Sequence record: NC_008515.1
Reading direction: 5' to 3' (one strand)
From: Escherichia phage RB32
Length of the DNA stretch: 64,000 bases
Shown here one piece after another: positions 38,314-47,796 of the stretch. A model generated the notes under the pieces. It did no database searches. It saw only the letters and a list, made by a program, of their open reading frames with translations, and had not been told where the DNA came from. How positions within the stretch are numbered: position 1 is the stretch's first letter; every line of letters starts with the position of its first letter. A program made the translations under genes and the position numbers.

Positions 38314-38514
38314 TTAGCTAAACTTTTTGGCACCCTTCCAGCCTTCATACATCATTGCGGCTGATATTAATATTGCTCCTGAGCAACTTGAATATTTGTG
38401 ATTCCAAAACCAGTTTAGAAAAACTTCATCATCAATACCTTGGGCTATCATATTTTCAAAGAACTGACGACGAGCTTCGGCAATTCGCTGCGATAATTTA
38501 GATTCAGGATTCAT
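38314..38514 (-). CDS. hypothetical protein
   Basis: 66-aa ORF. Confidence 0.5.
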   Translation of the reverse strand: MNPESKLSQRIAEARRQFFENMIAQGIDDEVFLNWFWNHKYSSCSGAILISAAMMYEGWKGAKKFS

Positions 38515-38646
38515 TTAAATTTCCCAATTGCCATTTTCATCAATAAATTTAATCCAGTCATTTACTGACCACTTGGTCGTATCGCCTTTTGGAGTAACAT
38601 TTAAAGTGTATAGCCCTTGCTTAAAAAGCATTCGTTTGATATTCAT
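38515..38646 (-). CDS. small hypothetical protein
   Basis: ORF track 38515..38730; internal Met at 38646 (MNIKRMLFKQGLYTLNV...) removes overlap with upstream ORF. Confidence 0.4.
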   Translation of the reverse strand: MNIKRMLFKQGLYTLNVTPKGDTTKWSVNDWIKFIDENGNWEI

Positions 38647-38653
38647 AATTTCC

Positions 38654-38947
38654 TCAGCTATAACGATAACACTCGTTTGATTTACGTTTAGCAACTCGTT
38701 GAGAAGTATTATAATCAAAATCATCGTCAATGTAAACTGATTTTTTCAACTTTCTTACTTCACCGCGTAATTGACGATTTAGCTCATCTTTAACTTCTGA
38801 ATCAATGCCTTTCATTCTACGCCATTTATCTGAGCGAAAAATGTTTTCAACCATATCTTTATGACTTACACCATCAGGAGCTTTACGCTTTCCGAAATAG
38901 TCATAATCACGCACTTTTAAGTCTTTACGACGATACGTTTTACCCAT
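38654..38947 (-). CDS. hypothetical basic protein
   Basis: ORF track 38654..38992; internal Met at 38947. Confidence 0.45.
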   Translation of the reverse strand: MGKTYRRKDLKVRDYDYFGKRKAPDGVSHKDMVENIFRSDKWRRMKGIDSEVKDELNRQLRGEVRKLKKSVYIDDDFDYNTSQRVAKRKSNECYRYS

Positions 38948-39122
38948 GGAGTTTAATTTCCTTAGCAACTGAACTAAATACAGCACGGTCACAAATCATG
39001 TGTTTATGTAACTTAAGTATAAGATAATAAACATCATAACCATTTACGTAAGTAACGCGAACAGCATTACCATTAATAAGATAATACTGTCCCTTTTTAA
39101 TTTCTTTATCAATCATAACCAT
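38940..39122 (-). CDS. hypothetical protein
   Basis: 60-aa ORF with early promoter upstream. Confidence 0.5.
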   Translation of the reverse strand: MVMIDKEIKKGQYYLINGNAVRVTYVNGYDVYYLILKLHKHMICDRAVFSSVAKEIKLHG

Positions 39123-39152
39123 ATCAATTCCTCAAAGGCAATTCATGTGTTA

Positions 39153-39182
39153 ATAATACCGCAGTTTGAGCTCGTTGTAAAC
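39153..39182 (-). promoter_or_regulatory. early promoter (-35 GTTTACA, -10 TATTAT)
   Basis: minus strand GTTTACAacgagctcaaactgcggTATTAT. Confidence 0.45.
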
Positions 39183-39263
39183 AACTTTGCGAAAATTATT
39201 TTAGGGAATGATAAGAAAGGAACGATAGCTTAGAATGGTAATATACAGAATGTGAGAAAGAAA

Positions 39264-39277
39264 GGCCCAGAGGGCCC
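39264..39277 (-). terminator. hairpin after nrdH stop
   Basis: ggcccagagggccc. Confidence 0.4.
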
Positions 39278-39280
39278 GTC

Positions 39281-39589
39281 TTAATCTTCTATGATATCTC
39301 TATCATATCCAAGTGAAATGAGAGTTTCTTTGAAGTGTTTAATGTTCTTTTGTCTAGAATCATTAATGAAAATGACTGGATAACGAATGTTAAGAGATGT
39401 GAATCCAGCGCGTTTAGCAAGAGATACAATCAGTGGACGATCATACTCAATCTTACCGTTATTTGTAAGAACTTTATAGAAAGTAAAAGGAGCATTAAGC
39501 TCCTTTAGAAGTTTTGTAACTGATTGACATCCAGGACAACGACCTACTTCATCTGGAATTCCATAGACTTCAATCTTATTTTGTTTCAC
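39281..39589 (-). CDS. nrdH: glutaredoxin-like protein NrdH
   Basis: 102-aa ORF with CPGC redox motif. Confidence 0.8.
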   Translation of the reverse strand: MKQNKIEVYGIPDEVGRCPGCQSVTKLLKELNAPFTFYKVLTNNGKIEYDRPLIVSLAKRAGFTSLNIRYPVIFINDSRQKNIKHFKETLISLGYDRDIIED

Positions 39590-39591
39590 AA

Positions 39592-39804
39592 CTATTCCTT
39601 ACTAAGAGCAGCATTCAGCTTGTTAGTAATTTTATCCAGACGCTCATTAAACTCACTAGAAGATAAGCCCTTTTCTGGAGAAATCAAACTAATCACGAAA
39701 AATATAGCAATAAAAGGAATAAGGAAAATAGCTCCAACTGCCATAAACAGAAAGAATGTTACAGTTGTAAGAAAATCAGCTAAACCTTTACGAAATTTAT
39801 ACAT
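39592..39804 (-). CDS. small membrane protein
   Basis: 70-aa ORF with two hydrophobic segments. Confidence 0.5.
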   Translation of the reverse strand: MYKFRKGLADFLTTVTFFLFMAVGAIFLIPFIAIFFVISLISPEKGLSSSEFNERLDKITNKLNAALSKE

Positions 39805-39919
39805 ATTTTACCCTTAATTAATTAACCAAGCATTGATAAGCACTAAACTATATTGGGAATAAAATTCTGGACCAAAATGAAAAATCATATCATTTATAGT
39901 ATCCATAATGTAATTCAAT

Positions 39920-40390
39920 TTAATCATGTTTCCACACCCCATCGGTATTTGACCAAAGCCGCTGATTATCTGATCCTCGCCACAGCTTTTTGGTCGGAAG
40001 ATTTTTCTCATACTTCCCATCAATAATAACATCAACATATTTAAGCATTTCTAGTTGTTTAATATCTTCAAACTTATATCCTGTCCACAACCAAATGCTT
40101 TTATTGGGATAAAGATTTTTTACTGTTTGAACAATGCAATGAATAACATCTCGGTTATCAGGATAGAGAGGGTCACCTCCAGTTATAGTCAATCCTTCTA
40201 TATAATCATTATTCAAACATTCAATTAATTGCTCTAGTGTTTCACCAGTGAATGGAATACCATTTCTAGCATTCCATGTTGATTTATTATAACACCCTTC
40301 ACATTTATGCAAACAACCTGTAACGAAAAGAACGGTCCTGCAGCCAGGACCATTAATAAAATCGCAAGGATAAAATCTATCATAATTCAT
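39920..40390 (-). CDS. nrdG: anaerobic ribonucleotide reductase activating enzyme (radical SAM)
   Basis: 156-aa ORF with CLHKCEGC (CxxxCxxC). Confidence 0.9.
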   Translation of the reverse strand: MNYDRFYPCDFINGPGCRTVLFVTGCLHKCEGCYNKSTWNARNGIPFTGETLEQLIECLNNDYIEGLTITGGDPLYPDNRDVIHCIVQTVKNLYPNKSIWLWTGYKFEDIKQLEMLKYVDVIIDGKYEKNLPTKKLWRGSDNQRLWSNTDGVWKHD

Positions 40391-42204
40391 TGGTGTTTAA
40401 CCCTATGCATGATTTCTTTATTTTTGCCGAGATTAAATCCGCGTTCGTTCGGATTTCCCAAATAACCACACGTTCTTCTTATTGTGTTCATCTTTTTAGG
40501 ATCAGTTTCTCCACAAATAGAACAAACAAATCCGTTTTCAGTAGGAGTCATTTCATGGGTACTTCCGCATGTAAAACACTTATCTACTGGCATATTAACA
40601 CCAAAATAATCTAAATGTTGTGCAGCATAATCCCATACAGCCTCAAGACCTTTTAGGTTATTTTTCATATCAGGAAGTTCAACATAAGAAATGTGACCAC
40701 CTGTCGCAATGAAATGATATGGCGCTTCACGAGAAATCTTTTCAAACGGAGTAACATTTTCTTCTACTGAAACGTGGAAACTGTTAGTGTACCAGCCTTT
40801 ATCGGTAACATCTTTTACGCTTCCATATTTTTCTGTATCAAGTTTACAGAAGCGATAACAAAGGTTTTCAGCAGGAGTCGAATACAAACTAAAAGCAAAC
40901 CCAGTTCTTTCAGTCCACTGTTTAAGATGAGCATTCATTTTAGTTAAAATTTCTCGTCCAATATCACGACCGACAAGAATATTCAATTCGTGAATACCAA
41001 TGTATCCTAGGGACACTGAACTTCTACCGTTTTTAAATAACTCAATTATGTCGTCATCAGGTTTAAGACGAACCCCGAATGCACCTTCTTGGTAAAGAAT
41101 AGGAGCAACAGTAGCTTTAACTCCTTTTAAGGAACTAATTCTACACATCAAAGCTTCAAAACACAAATCCATACGTTCATTGAATAATTCAACAAATTTC
41201 TGTTCGTTAAATTGTGTTCCAATATAAGAATCTAATGCAATGCGAGGAAGATTCAGTGTTACAACACCAAGATTATTACGTCCATCAAGAATTTCATTAC
41301 CAGTCGAATCTTTCCATACGCTCAAGAAACTACGGCAACCCATTGGAGAAACAGGAATAGATGAACCGGTGATAGCTTTATTATTCTTAACTGAAATAAT
41401 ATCAGGATACATCCTTTTGCTTGCACACTCTAGAGCAAGCTGCTTAATATCATAGTTCGGATCGTCTTTATAAAGATTAACGCCTTCTTCAACGAACATA
41501 ACAAGTTTAGGAAAAATAGGAGTTATCCCATCACGACCAAGACCTTTAATACGATTTTTCAAAATTGCTTTCTGAATCATTCGTTCAGTCCAGTCAGTTC
41601 CCGTACCAAATGTAATTGTTACAAAAGGAGTCTGTCCGTTTGAACTAAAGAGAGTATTTACTTCATATTCATAAGCTTGGAATGCATCGTATACGTCTTT
41701 TTCTGTTTTAGATTGGGCATAATTCAGTGCATCGGCGATTTGCCATTTTTCTGCGTCCTCGATATGTTTTGCATAGGTGCGTTTAACATAAGGAGAAAGT
41801 ACTTTATCTACATTCGCAAAAGTCGTTCCGCCGTATTGGTGAGAAGCAACCTGTGCGGTAATTTGTGCCATAATTGCAGTAGCAACGCCAATTGATTTAG
41901 GAGTTTCAATCTGCGCATTACCAAGCTTAAATCCGTTCTCAAGCATTCCTTTTAAATCTACTAAACAACAATTAGTAAATGGAAGAGCAGGGGAATAATC
42001 AATATCATGAAAATGAATAATTCCGCTTTCATGCGCTTTCATAATAAAAGACGGGACCTTATTTTTGGCAATGTGTTTAGACACAATACCAGCCATAAGG
42101 TCCCGTTGAGTTGGAAAAACACGAGAATCTTTATTAGCATTCTCGTTTAAAAGGTCTTTATTAGTTTTATGAATCAATCCTTCAATTTCTTTTTCAATTG
42201 TCAT
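40387..42204 (-). CDS. nrdD: anaerobic ribonucleoside-triphosphate reductase (intronless)
   Basis: 605-aa continuous ORF; C-terminal zinc site CFTCGS...CSICG and glycyl-radical motif RRTCGYLG. Confidence 0.9.
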   Translation of the reverse strand: MTIEKEIEGLIHKTNKDLLNENANKDSRVFPTQRDLMAGIVSKHIAKNKVPSFIMKAHESGIIHFHDIDYSPALPFTNCCLVDLKGMLENGFKLGNAQIETPKSIGVATAIMAQITAQVASHQYGGTTFANVDKVLSPYVKRTYAKHIEDAEKWQIADALNYAQSKTEKDVYDAFQAYEYEVNTLFSSNGQTPFVTITFGTGTDWTERMIQKAILKNRIKGLGRDGITPIFPKLVMFVEEGVNLYKDDPNYDIKQLALECASKRMYPDIISVKNNKAITGSSIPVSPMGCRSFLSVWKDSTGNEILDGRNNLGVVTLNLPRIALDSYIGTQFNEQKFVELFNERMDLCFEALMCRISSLKGVKATVAPILYQEGAFGVRLKPDDDIIELFKNGRSSVSLGYIGIHELNILVGRDIGREILTKMNAHLKQWTERTGFAFSLYSTPAENLCYRFCKLDTEKYGSVKDVTDKGWYTNSFHVSVEENVTPFEKISREAPYHFIATGGHISYVELPDMKNNLKGLEAVWDYAAQHLDYFGVNMPVDKCFTCGSTHEMTPTENGFVCSICGETDPKKMNTIRRTCGYLGNPNERGFNLGKNKEIMHRVKHQ

Positions 42205-42674
42205 TTTAAACTCTTTCTAAGCTGCTTCTTAAATGAAGCTATTAATTGTGTTTTGGTGTCAGATTCATTATATTCAAATCCTCTTTGAAGCATCTCGGCC
42301 ATCATTTCCTCTTTTCCTAAACGAGAAAATTCCTTTGATTTATCTCCAACAAAGTTAGGGTGAATATTATTTTGGGTGTAATCGGATTTTAAATAAGTAA
42401 GTAAATTTTCTAACCATTCAAGATAATCAACACCTTGTCCCTTTAAGCCAGAACGATTAAATTTATGCTTCATTTGACCTTCTGCGGCATTGCATAGATT
42501 ACAAAGCAATCCACGTACCTTTCCTGCTTTTGGTCCATTTAATTCATGGTCATGATCAAGATGATTAGCTTGAACATCAGGATTTAGTTCTCGTTGGCAA
42601 ATTAAGCATTTACCGTTTTGTGCATTATAAAATTTCTGTTTTTCTTCTTTGTATAATTTGCCAGTCAATAACAT
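42201..42674 (-). CDS. 49: endonuclease VII (Holliday junction resolvase)
   Basis: 157-aa ORF MLLTGKLYKEEKQKFY...CLICQ...CNLCN matches T4 gp49 as recalled. Confidence 0.9.
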   Translation of the reverse strand: MLLTGKLYKEEKQKFYNAQNGKCLICQRELNPDVQANHLDHDHELNGPKAGKVRGLLCNLCNAAEGQMKHKFNRSGLKGQGVDYLEWLENLLTYLKSDYTQNNIHPNFVGDKSKEFSRLGKEEMMAEMLQRGFEYNESDTKTQLIASFKKQLRKSLK

Positions 42675-42716
42675 AATAAAACCCTTACCTTAAATAGATA
42701 AGGGTATTTATTATTT

Positions 42717-42893
42717 TTAAGTATTGTAAAACATTCGATGCAATCGTTTATACTGTCGAATCATCTTTTTAGTAGGACGAGAATAGGTTCCTACGCAAGT
42801 GGTCATATGAGGGTCCGTAGAATGTCCTTTAATAAAAAGTTTCCAAACCTTACCGCCATTTAACTTTTCAGTATAAACCAATTCGGTTTTCAT
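42717..42893 (-). CDS. small protein whose C-terminal 15 aa duplicate the Pin C-terminus, below ORF-track cutoff
   Basis: 58-codon ORF read by hand (MKTELVYTEKLNGGKVWKLFIKGHSTDPHMTTCVGTYSRPTKKMIRQYKRLHRMFYNT); AGGA RBS. Confidence 0.4.
   Translation of the reverse strand: MKTELVYTEKLNGGKVWKLFIKGHSTDPHMTTCVGTYSRPTKKMIRQYKRLHRMFYNT
42719..42764. repeat. diverged copy of the pin 3' end (R1)
   Basis: 46 bp, 5 mismatches versus 42932..42977. Confidence 0.7.
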
Positions 42894-42904
42894 TAAAATG
42901 TCCT

Positions 42905-42927
42905 GTCAGAAAAAGAATTTTGAGTTT
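42905..42927. repeat. 23-bp exact direct repeat (R2) of pin-internal sequence at 42981..43003
   Basis: gtcagaaaaagaattttgagttt present twice. Confidence 0.8.
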
Positions 42928-42929
42928 TT

Positions 42930-43415
42930 TCAAGTATTATAAAACATTTGATGCAATCGCTTATATTGCCGAATCATTTGGTCAGAAAAAGAATTTTGAG
43001 TTTCAAGCCATTCAATATATTCTGCCGCAGCTTGCATCAGGTTACCTTCATAGCCATCGTTATTTTCTTGCGCAGCTAATTTAGCTAATGCGTATGAAAT
43101 ACGTTCACCTTGAAAAGAGGCTTCAGGCTTCTGAACAACTTGATTAGTTCGCTCTACAACTTCTTCAATTTCGCCATTTTCAACGGATTCAGTATTCCAC
43201 AAGCACCAATACGTAATTGGCTTATCATAGATATTAATAATCTTTCCACCAGAAAGTTCAATTTCAATAATTCCAGTATCAGGCTCTATATCATCTTCAC
43301 ATTCTTTTGTAAGTTCACGAACTTTAAAGACAGTACCTGCACTAAGTTCCGGCCAGTAATTACACAGCCCTGTATCAGCACGATTAATTCTAAACCACTT
43401 ATCTACTGTAATCAT
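42930..43415 (-). CDS. pin: protease inhibitor Pin (position and size)
   Basis: ORF track 42930..43433 (TTG-initiated); first ATG gives MITVDKWFRIN..., 161 aa as T4 Pin. Confidence 0.6.
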   Translation of the reverse strand: MITVDKWFRINRADTGLCNYWPELSAGTVFKVRELTKECEDDIEPDTGIIEIELSGGKIINIYDKPITYWCLWNTESVENGEIEEVVERTNQVVQKPEASFQGERISYALAKLAAQENNDGYEGNLMQAAAEYIEWLETQNSFSDQMIRQYKRLHQMFYNT

Positions 43416-43537
43416 GTCCCATCTCCATATCAATTAAGTCATTTATCGTTGGTTCATTATATACTGTTTCTTCATCAGTGTAAACCGGTTCTTCCGGCTC
43501 TGGCTCTACAGTTTCCCATCTAGCCGCCCACCAGGGT

Positions 43538-43708
43538 TTAACCCCGAAGCTTATTAAGTTCTTCATAATCAATCCAGGATTCTAGTCCTGATGGCAAATC
43601 AGATTCAATTTCCCAAAGAAGTTCTTCAATTTTCTGAAGACGATCTAATTCTTCAGCTGGAATAGTAACCATTGATGGAGTTCTTGATACACTAATATCG
43701 TAAATCAT
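43538..43708 (-). CDS. small acidic hypothetical protein, below ORF-track cutoff
   Basis: 56-codon ORF read by hand (MIYDISVSRTPSMVTIPAEELDRLQKIEELLWEIESDLPSGLESWIDYEELNKLRG). Confidence 0.3.
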   Translation of the reverse strand: MIYDISVSRTPSMVTIPAEELDRLQKIEELLWEIESDLPSGLESWIDYEELNKLRG

Positions 43709-43710
43709 AT

Positions 43711-43926
43711 TTACCCCAGTTTAACCATGCAATCGCCGTATTTCCACTTAGAAATAGACTTTTCGCCATTAGAATAATAAACTTCGAGTTTAGCACGGTT
43801 ATTTTTAATTTGAATAATCTTTGCTGTCATCAAAGTTCCATACCCATAGTAAACTGCAACTTCATCACCTACATATACCGCGCTTCCGCGGTAATCATGG
43901 ATATAATCAGTTCCTTCGAGCATCAT
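43711..43926 (-). CDS. hypothetical protein
   Basis: 71-aa ORF. Confidence 0.5.
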   Translation of the reverse strand: MMLEGTDYIHDYRGSAVYVGDEVAVYYGYGTLMTAKIIQIKNNRAKLEVYYSNGEKSISKWKYGDCMVKLG

Positions 43927-44186
43927 TTAAAGTATTCCCGCAATTGGTCAAATCCACCAATATAACTTCCATCAGGAGCAAATACCTGAGGCATTGTCAA
44001 GCCGATTTGAGTATCACGACCTAGTTTCGTCAGAAGCTCAGCAATTTTCTCATCATCAAAAACACCTTTTTCCGGCATAATGTTGATAAATTCAAACGGC
44101 TGTTTCTTCACGGTCAAAAGACGTTTTGCATTATCACAATACACGCATTTATGAATGTTGCTATCATAACCATATACTTTAAACAT
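43923..44186 (-). CDS. nrdC: thioredoxin/glutaredoxin NrdC
   Basis: 87-aa ORF with CVYC redox motif; length equals T4 NrdC. Confidence 0.85.
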   Translation of the reverse strand: MFKVYGYDSNIHKCVYCDNAKRLLTVKKQPFEFINIMPEKGVFDDEKIAELLTKLGRDTQIGLTMPQVFAPDGSYIGGFDQLREYFK

Positions 44187-44187
44187 A

Positions 44188-44430
44188 TTATTCCTTAATT
44201 CCTAGTACTTGTTTAAAAGTCTCGTCGTAATCAAGACTTTGGCCCGTTTGTTCTTTATATTTGTATATAATATCACTTACTTCTGATAGCATATTTTTAT
44301 ATGAACGAGTTAAAGCAGATTTAAGCACGCTGTATCTATCAGGAAATTTACCATGTTCATTATAATAAGCTATTGTTAATTCACGGACTGCCTTTTCAGC
44401 AGTCTCCATATATTCTTTACGCTTGGTCAT
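44188..44430 (-). CDS. hypothetical protein (nrdC.1 position)
   Basis: ORF track 44188..44571; probable start at internal Met [13 protein letters not shown]. Confidence 0.45.
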   Translation of the reverse strand: MTKRKEYMETAEKAVRELTIAYYNEHGKFPDRYSVLKSALTRSYKNMLSEVSDIIYKYKEQTGQSLDYDETFKQVLGIKE

Positions 44431-44731
44431 TTTCTTCTCGGTCAAATCGGTGTTTACAATGACGACATTTATAACGAAGATTACTAGTCTGCCAATGGAC
44501 CAATTGCACCTGTTCAGTTCCACATTCAGGGCAATTAGGAACGTTTTTAGAAGCCCTTTCGCGACGTTCAACCATGACCATTACAGAATCCCAATTAACA
44601 GGAGGGCTATAATCATCACAACCATGAATCTTTCCACGCATTTCCAGATCGTCTTCTTCACCAGCCATAATAATTTTAATTAGACTAGAATTACTTGAAG
44701 CTGCAATGTCTTCTAATAGACGCTTTTTCAT
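44417..44731 (-). CDS. zinc-ribbon protein
   Basis: 104-aa ORF with CPECG...CRHCKH. Confidence 0.5.
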   Translation of the reverse strand: MKKRLLEDIAASSNSSLIKIIMAGEEDDLEMRGKIHGCDDYSPPVNWDSVMVMVERRERASKNVPNCPECGTEQVQLVHWQTSNLRYKCRHCKHRFDREENDQA

Positions 44732-45654
44732 TTCAATACCTCAATAGCATTGCGTAAACCATTTGCTTTGGCGGTTAAAGCCTTAAGAACTTTAGTATGC
44801 TCTTCAATTTGTTTTTCAACTTCAATCAAACGAGCATTGAGATATTCGCGTTCTTCTTTCATAGTATCATTCCCATGATTGGATTTTGGTGTAGGTTTAA
44901 ATTCACTAGGGTCCTTTAATTTAATAACAAATTTAGTTTCAAACAGCGAAAGACCATAATTCGTATTATCATCAAAGGATTTGACTACATCCATATCAGA
45001 TAATAACACGCGTAAATTATAAGCCAAAGAACTAATAGTTTCATTGTGTTTATTAGCTTCGCGTGGTTTCATATACGGAAGATTTTTATATATCTCGTGC
45101 GGAGCACAAATGATAATTGACAATTCAAATTGCCCATTCTGGGACGATGGAGTGAATTTAGCCGTAACCCAGTCTTTTACATTCACATTAATAGTACGGT
45201 TATCACCATGACAAAACAGTCTACGAGAATGCTTAAAAAGCATATTCACGTTATTATTGAATTCGTGTGAAAATTCACTAGCAAATTTTTCTTTACTATC
45301 TTTAGAAAACCATTCTTCTAAATAAGTTCTTTTCACGTCGTTAATAATATTAAATGTAACAACACTAGCATTTGATACATTAGTCTCAATGTAGCTTGGA
45401 TACATAAATTTTTTAACATTATTAACAGCTATCACAGAAGATAGTAATCGGGAACGTTTGAACCACTCGAGCAAAGAACCAAGAGAATGTGAATACGCAT
45501 TTTGTGTATCTTTACAAATATGGTTTTCCCATCCAATATAGTCTAAAAAATCACGAAGAATATTATTGATTACTGCTCTGTGCCCGATCTGATAATTACG
45601 GTGTTTAGTAATAAGACTGTCAAAATAATCAATATAATGTTTACGAGTTTTCAT
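44728..45654 (-). CDS. uncharacterised protein with C-terminal coiled coil (tandem family member 1)
   Basis: 308-aa ORF, starts MKTRKHY, ends ...[31 protein letters not shown]. Confidence 0.6.
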   Translation of the reverse strand: MKTRKHYIDYFDSLITKHRNYQIGHRAVINNILRDFLDYIGWENHICKDTQNAYSHSLGSLLEWFKRSRLLSSVIAVNNVKKFMYPSYIETNVSNASVVTFNIINDVKRTYLEEWFSKDSKEKFASEFSHEFNNNVNMLFKHSRRLFCHGDNRTINVNVKDWVTAKFTPSSQNGQFELSIIICAPHEIYKNLPYMKPREANKHNETISSLAYNLRVLLSDMDVVKSFDDNTNYGLSLFETKFVIKLKDPSEFKPTPKSNHGNDTMKEEREYLNARLIEVEKQIEEHTKVLKALTAKANGLRNAIEVLK

Positions 45655-45706
45655 ATTCTTCTCACTTGGTTAATGGTTTATACTCCGAGCCATCCTTGGC
45701 TTTAAA

Positions 45707-46708
45707 TTACTTAATTAACTGTAAAGCTTGTTCAAGACGATCAAGACGATTAACGGATTCTTCCCAAATCTTTTTAGCCTGCTCATATTCTTTCTGCGCT
45801 TTATTAGAAATTTCTAGAACTTCTTTATAAGCTTTTTCTAGTGCAATAACTTCTGGACGAATTTCTATCGGTTCAGGTGAATCATCAAGACATTCCATTA
45901 GTTCCTCAAGGGTAGTTTCTTCTTTAGGAGTATTCACAATTTCATCACATTTTTGTTGGTAAATTTCTTTATCAGTAGGTGAATAAGCACATTTCACTTC
46001 ACGAAGGCTAATTATAATTTTATATCCTTCCCAACCACACATATTTTTGAAAGGATATGTATGAATACTTTTTACAGTTTCCATACAGCCCAAAACCGCC
46101 TCTAATTGATAAGTTATAGTGCTAGCAATTGAGAAAAATTTATTAATGCTCTTTTGGTTAGCTTCTGGTGTAAAAAATCCATAATTCACAAAAATAGATA
46201 CTTTATTTTTATCAAGTTCATATTCTTTTATGATAATCATATCAGAAGCCAAAGGATGAATTTGACGATAATCGCCATAACATAATTTAGAAGCTGATTT
46301 TAGAATTTGTCCTTTGAAAAGTCTGAAATTACTAATCCAACGACGAGTAAAAATATTCTCAGGGTCTTCTTTATTATTGAGATGATAAGAATTAACATCA
46401 CCGAACCAATTATATCCTACTACATCTTTAGTTCGTTTAATTTCTTTCCCAAAATTACCAAGAATATCCCGATTAACCAAATATGAAAGAAGACGAGACT
46501 CTTTAAAGGTTTTCTTGATAACATCTTTATCTACACGGCTAGAAATTTTACGAACTTCATGAATAAATTTGCCGGAAGAAACAATACCTGCATCAACACT
46601 ATTGAGCCATTGATTGATAATAGAAAGAACGCTATTTTGGCCAAACATCGGTATAGCTTTATCATCAATAACGCTATTGAATGATTTGATATATTCGTTA
46701 CGAGTCAT
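45707..46708 (-). CDS. uncharacterised protein with C-terminal coiled coil (tandem family member 2)
   Basis: ORF track 45707..46759 runs through the early promoter; start at MTRNEYIKSF (GAGGAG RBS) gives 333 aa. Confidence 0.6.
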   Translation of the reverse strand: MTRNEYIKSFNSVIDDKAIPMFGQNSVLSIINQWLNSVDAGIVSSGKFIHEVRKISSRVDKDVIKKTFKESRLLSYLVNRDILGNFGKEIKRTKDVVGYNWFGDVNSYHLNNKEDPENIFTRRWISNFRLFKGQILKSASKLCYGDYRQIHPLASDMIIIKEYELDKNKVSIFVNYGFFTPEANQKSINKFFSIASTITYQLEAVLGCMETVKSIHTYPFKNMCGWEGYKIIISLREVKCAYSPTDKEIYQQKCDEIVNTPKEETTLEELMECLDDSPEPIEIRPEVIALEKAYKEVLEISNKAQKEYEQAKKIWEESVNRLDRLEQALQLIK

Positions 46709-46736
46709 ATTAATCTCCTCAGTAGAAAGTAAGAAC

Positions 46737-46766
46737 ATTATACCACATCCTTGTGGCAAAGTAAAC
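46737..46766 (-). promoter_or_regulatory. early promoter (-35 GTTTAC, 18-bp spacer, -10 TATAAT)
   Basis: minus strand GTTTACtttgccacaaggatgtggTATAAT, near-identical to the promoter at 2418..2447. Confidence 0.5.
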
Positions 46767-47788
46767 TAGTTCAGTGCATTTAGTGCATTGTTCAGTTTAG
46801 AACGTTGCTTTGTCAGATTTTGAACCCTTGACTGAGCTTGTTCTAACGCCTTTTCAGCTTCTAGCACTTCATTGGTAGCTTTAACGAGTTCATCATCTAC
46901 TGCCTTAAGAGACTTCTCAATCGCGTCAGCGTGCCATTTTTCTACAGGTTTAAAATTTGAATTTTCAGTAGGAAGAAAACTCACTTTATTAAGTTTACAT
47001 GCATCTATATTGCTTGAGCTATACATCCAAAATTTAGGATCGTTTGATAAGTAATTGGATAAATTTAAGTTATCTTGCACTTCCTGCTTTTTCTCTTGCG
47101 GGACTTCGTCCTTTCTCAAAAAATCGTATTTAAATGAAACGATCATATCAAGTTCATATGTTGTTGTATGTTCCCAATTTCGCTCAAAACGAGGTAAAAT
47201 CTTAGATTGAACAGCAGCAACAACATCCATATACTTAAATGCTTCTGTCAGCTGTGATTTAAGACATTCACAAATTGAAAGAGAATTTTTAGTATTAGGC
47301 TTAAAGCTAATTCGTGCAGTTCTATTATTTTCTTTTAACGGTCTTACTTCCATCTGAAGAGTATAACCATCAAATTTCAGATTCTTTAAGTTAATATCAG
47401 AGCCTTTTAATCGACTAGCAGTAGACAAAATTTGCTTTAATTGTCTACGGAACAGAGCAATAAATCTCCATTCAATACGATAATGATTTGGATTGAAAAA
47501 TCCAGATGATAAATCGACCTTACTTTGACCAACGCCTTGAACAATCAAAGGATTTTTATAATCAATAGTTTTACAGAAATCGGTGAGCTGTTCACGAGCA
47601 GTCATTTGTGTAATATACCCTGCTTTACTAAAATTACGCACCCATTCACTGCTATTCGTATACTTAAAGTGATGAATAACACGATTAACTTTATCAGGGT
47701 CTAAATTATTTTGGCACAAAAATGTCATAACATCACGAGTATAACTGGCATTACGAACCATATCTTCAATTTGAGAACGAGTTTTCAT
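46766..47788 (-). CDS. uncharacterised protein with C-terminal coiled coil (tandem family member 3)
   Basis: 340-aa ORF, starts MKTRSQI, ends ...AEKALEQAQSRVQNLTKQRSKLNNALNALN. Confidence 0.6.
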   Translation of the reverse strand: MKTRSQIEDMVRNASYTRDVMTFLCQNNLDPDKVNRVIHHFKYTNSSEWVRNFSKAGYITQMTAREQLTDFCKTIDYKNPLIVQGVGQSKVDLSSGFFNPNHYRIEWRFIALFRRQLKQILSTASRLKGSDINLKNLKFDGYTLQMEVRPLKENNRTARISFKPNTKNSLSICECLKSQLTEAFKYMDVVAAVQSKILPRFERNWEHTTTYELDMIVSFKYDFLRKDEVPQEKKQEVQDNLNLSNYLSNDPKFWMYSSSNIDACKLNKVSFLPTENSNFKPVEKWHADAIEKSLKAVDDELVKATNEVLEAEKALEQAQSRVQNLTKQRSKLNNALNALN

Positions 47789-47796
47789 AGTGTTCC

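Noticed and set aside
39814-40038. 74-aa minus-strand ORF overlapping nrdG
   Set aside because: Alternative frame of the nrdG 3' region; nrdG has the radical-SAM motif and is the better call.
46709-46759. N-terminal 17 codons of ORF 45707..46759
   Set aside because: They run through the early promoter; GAGGAG RBS supports the downstream Met at 46708.
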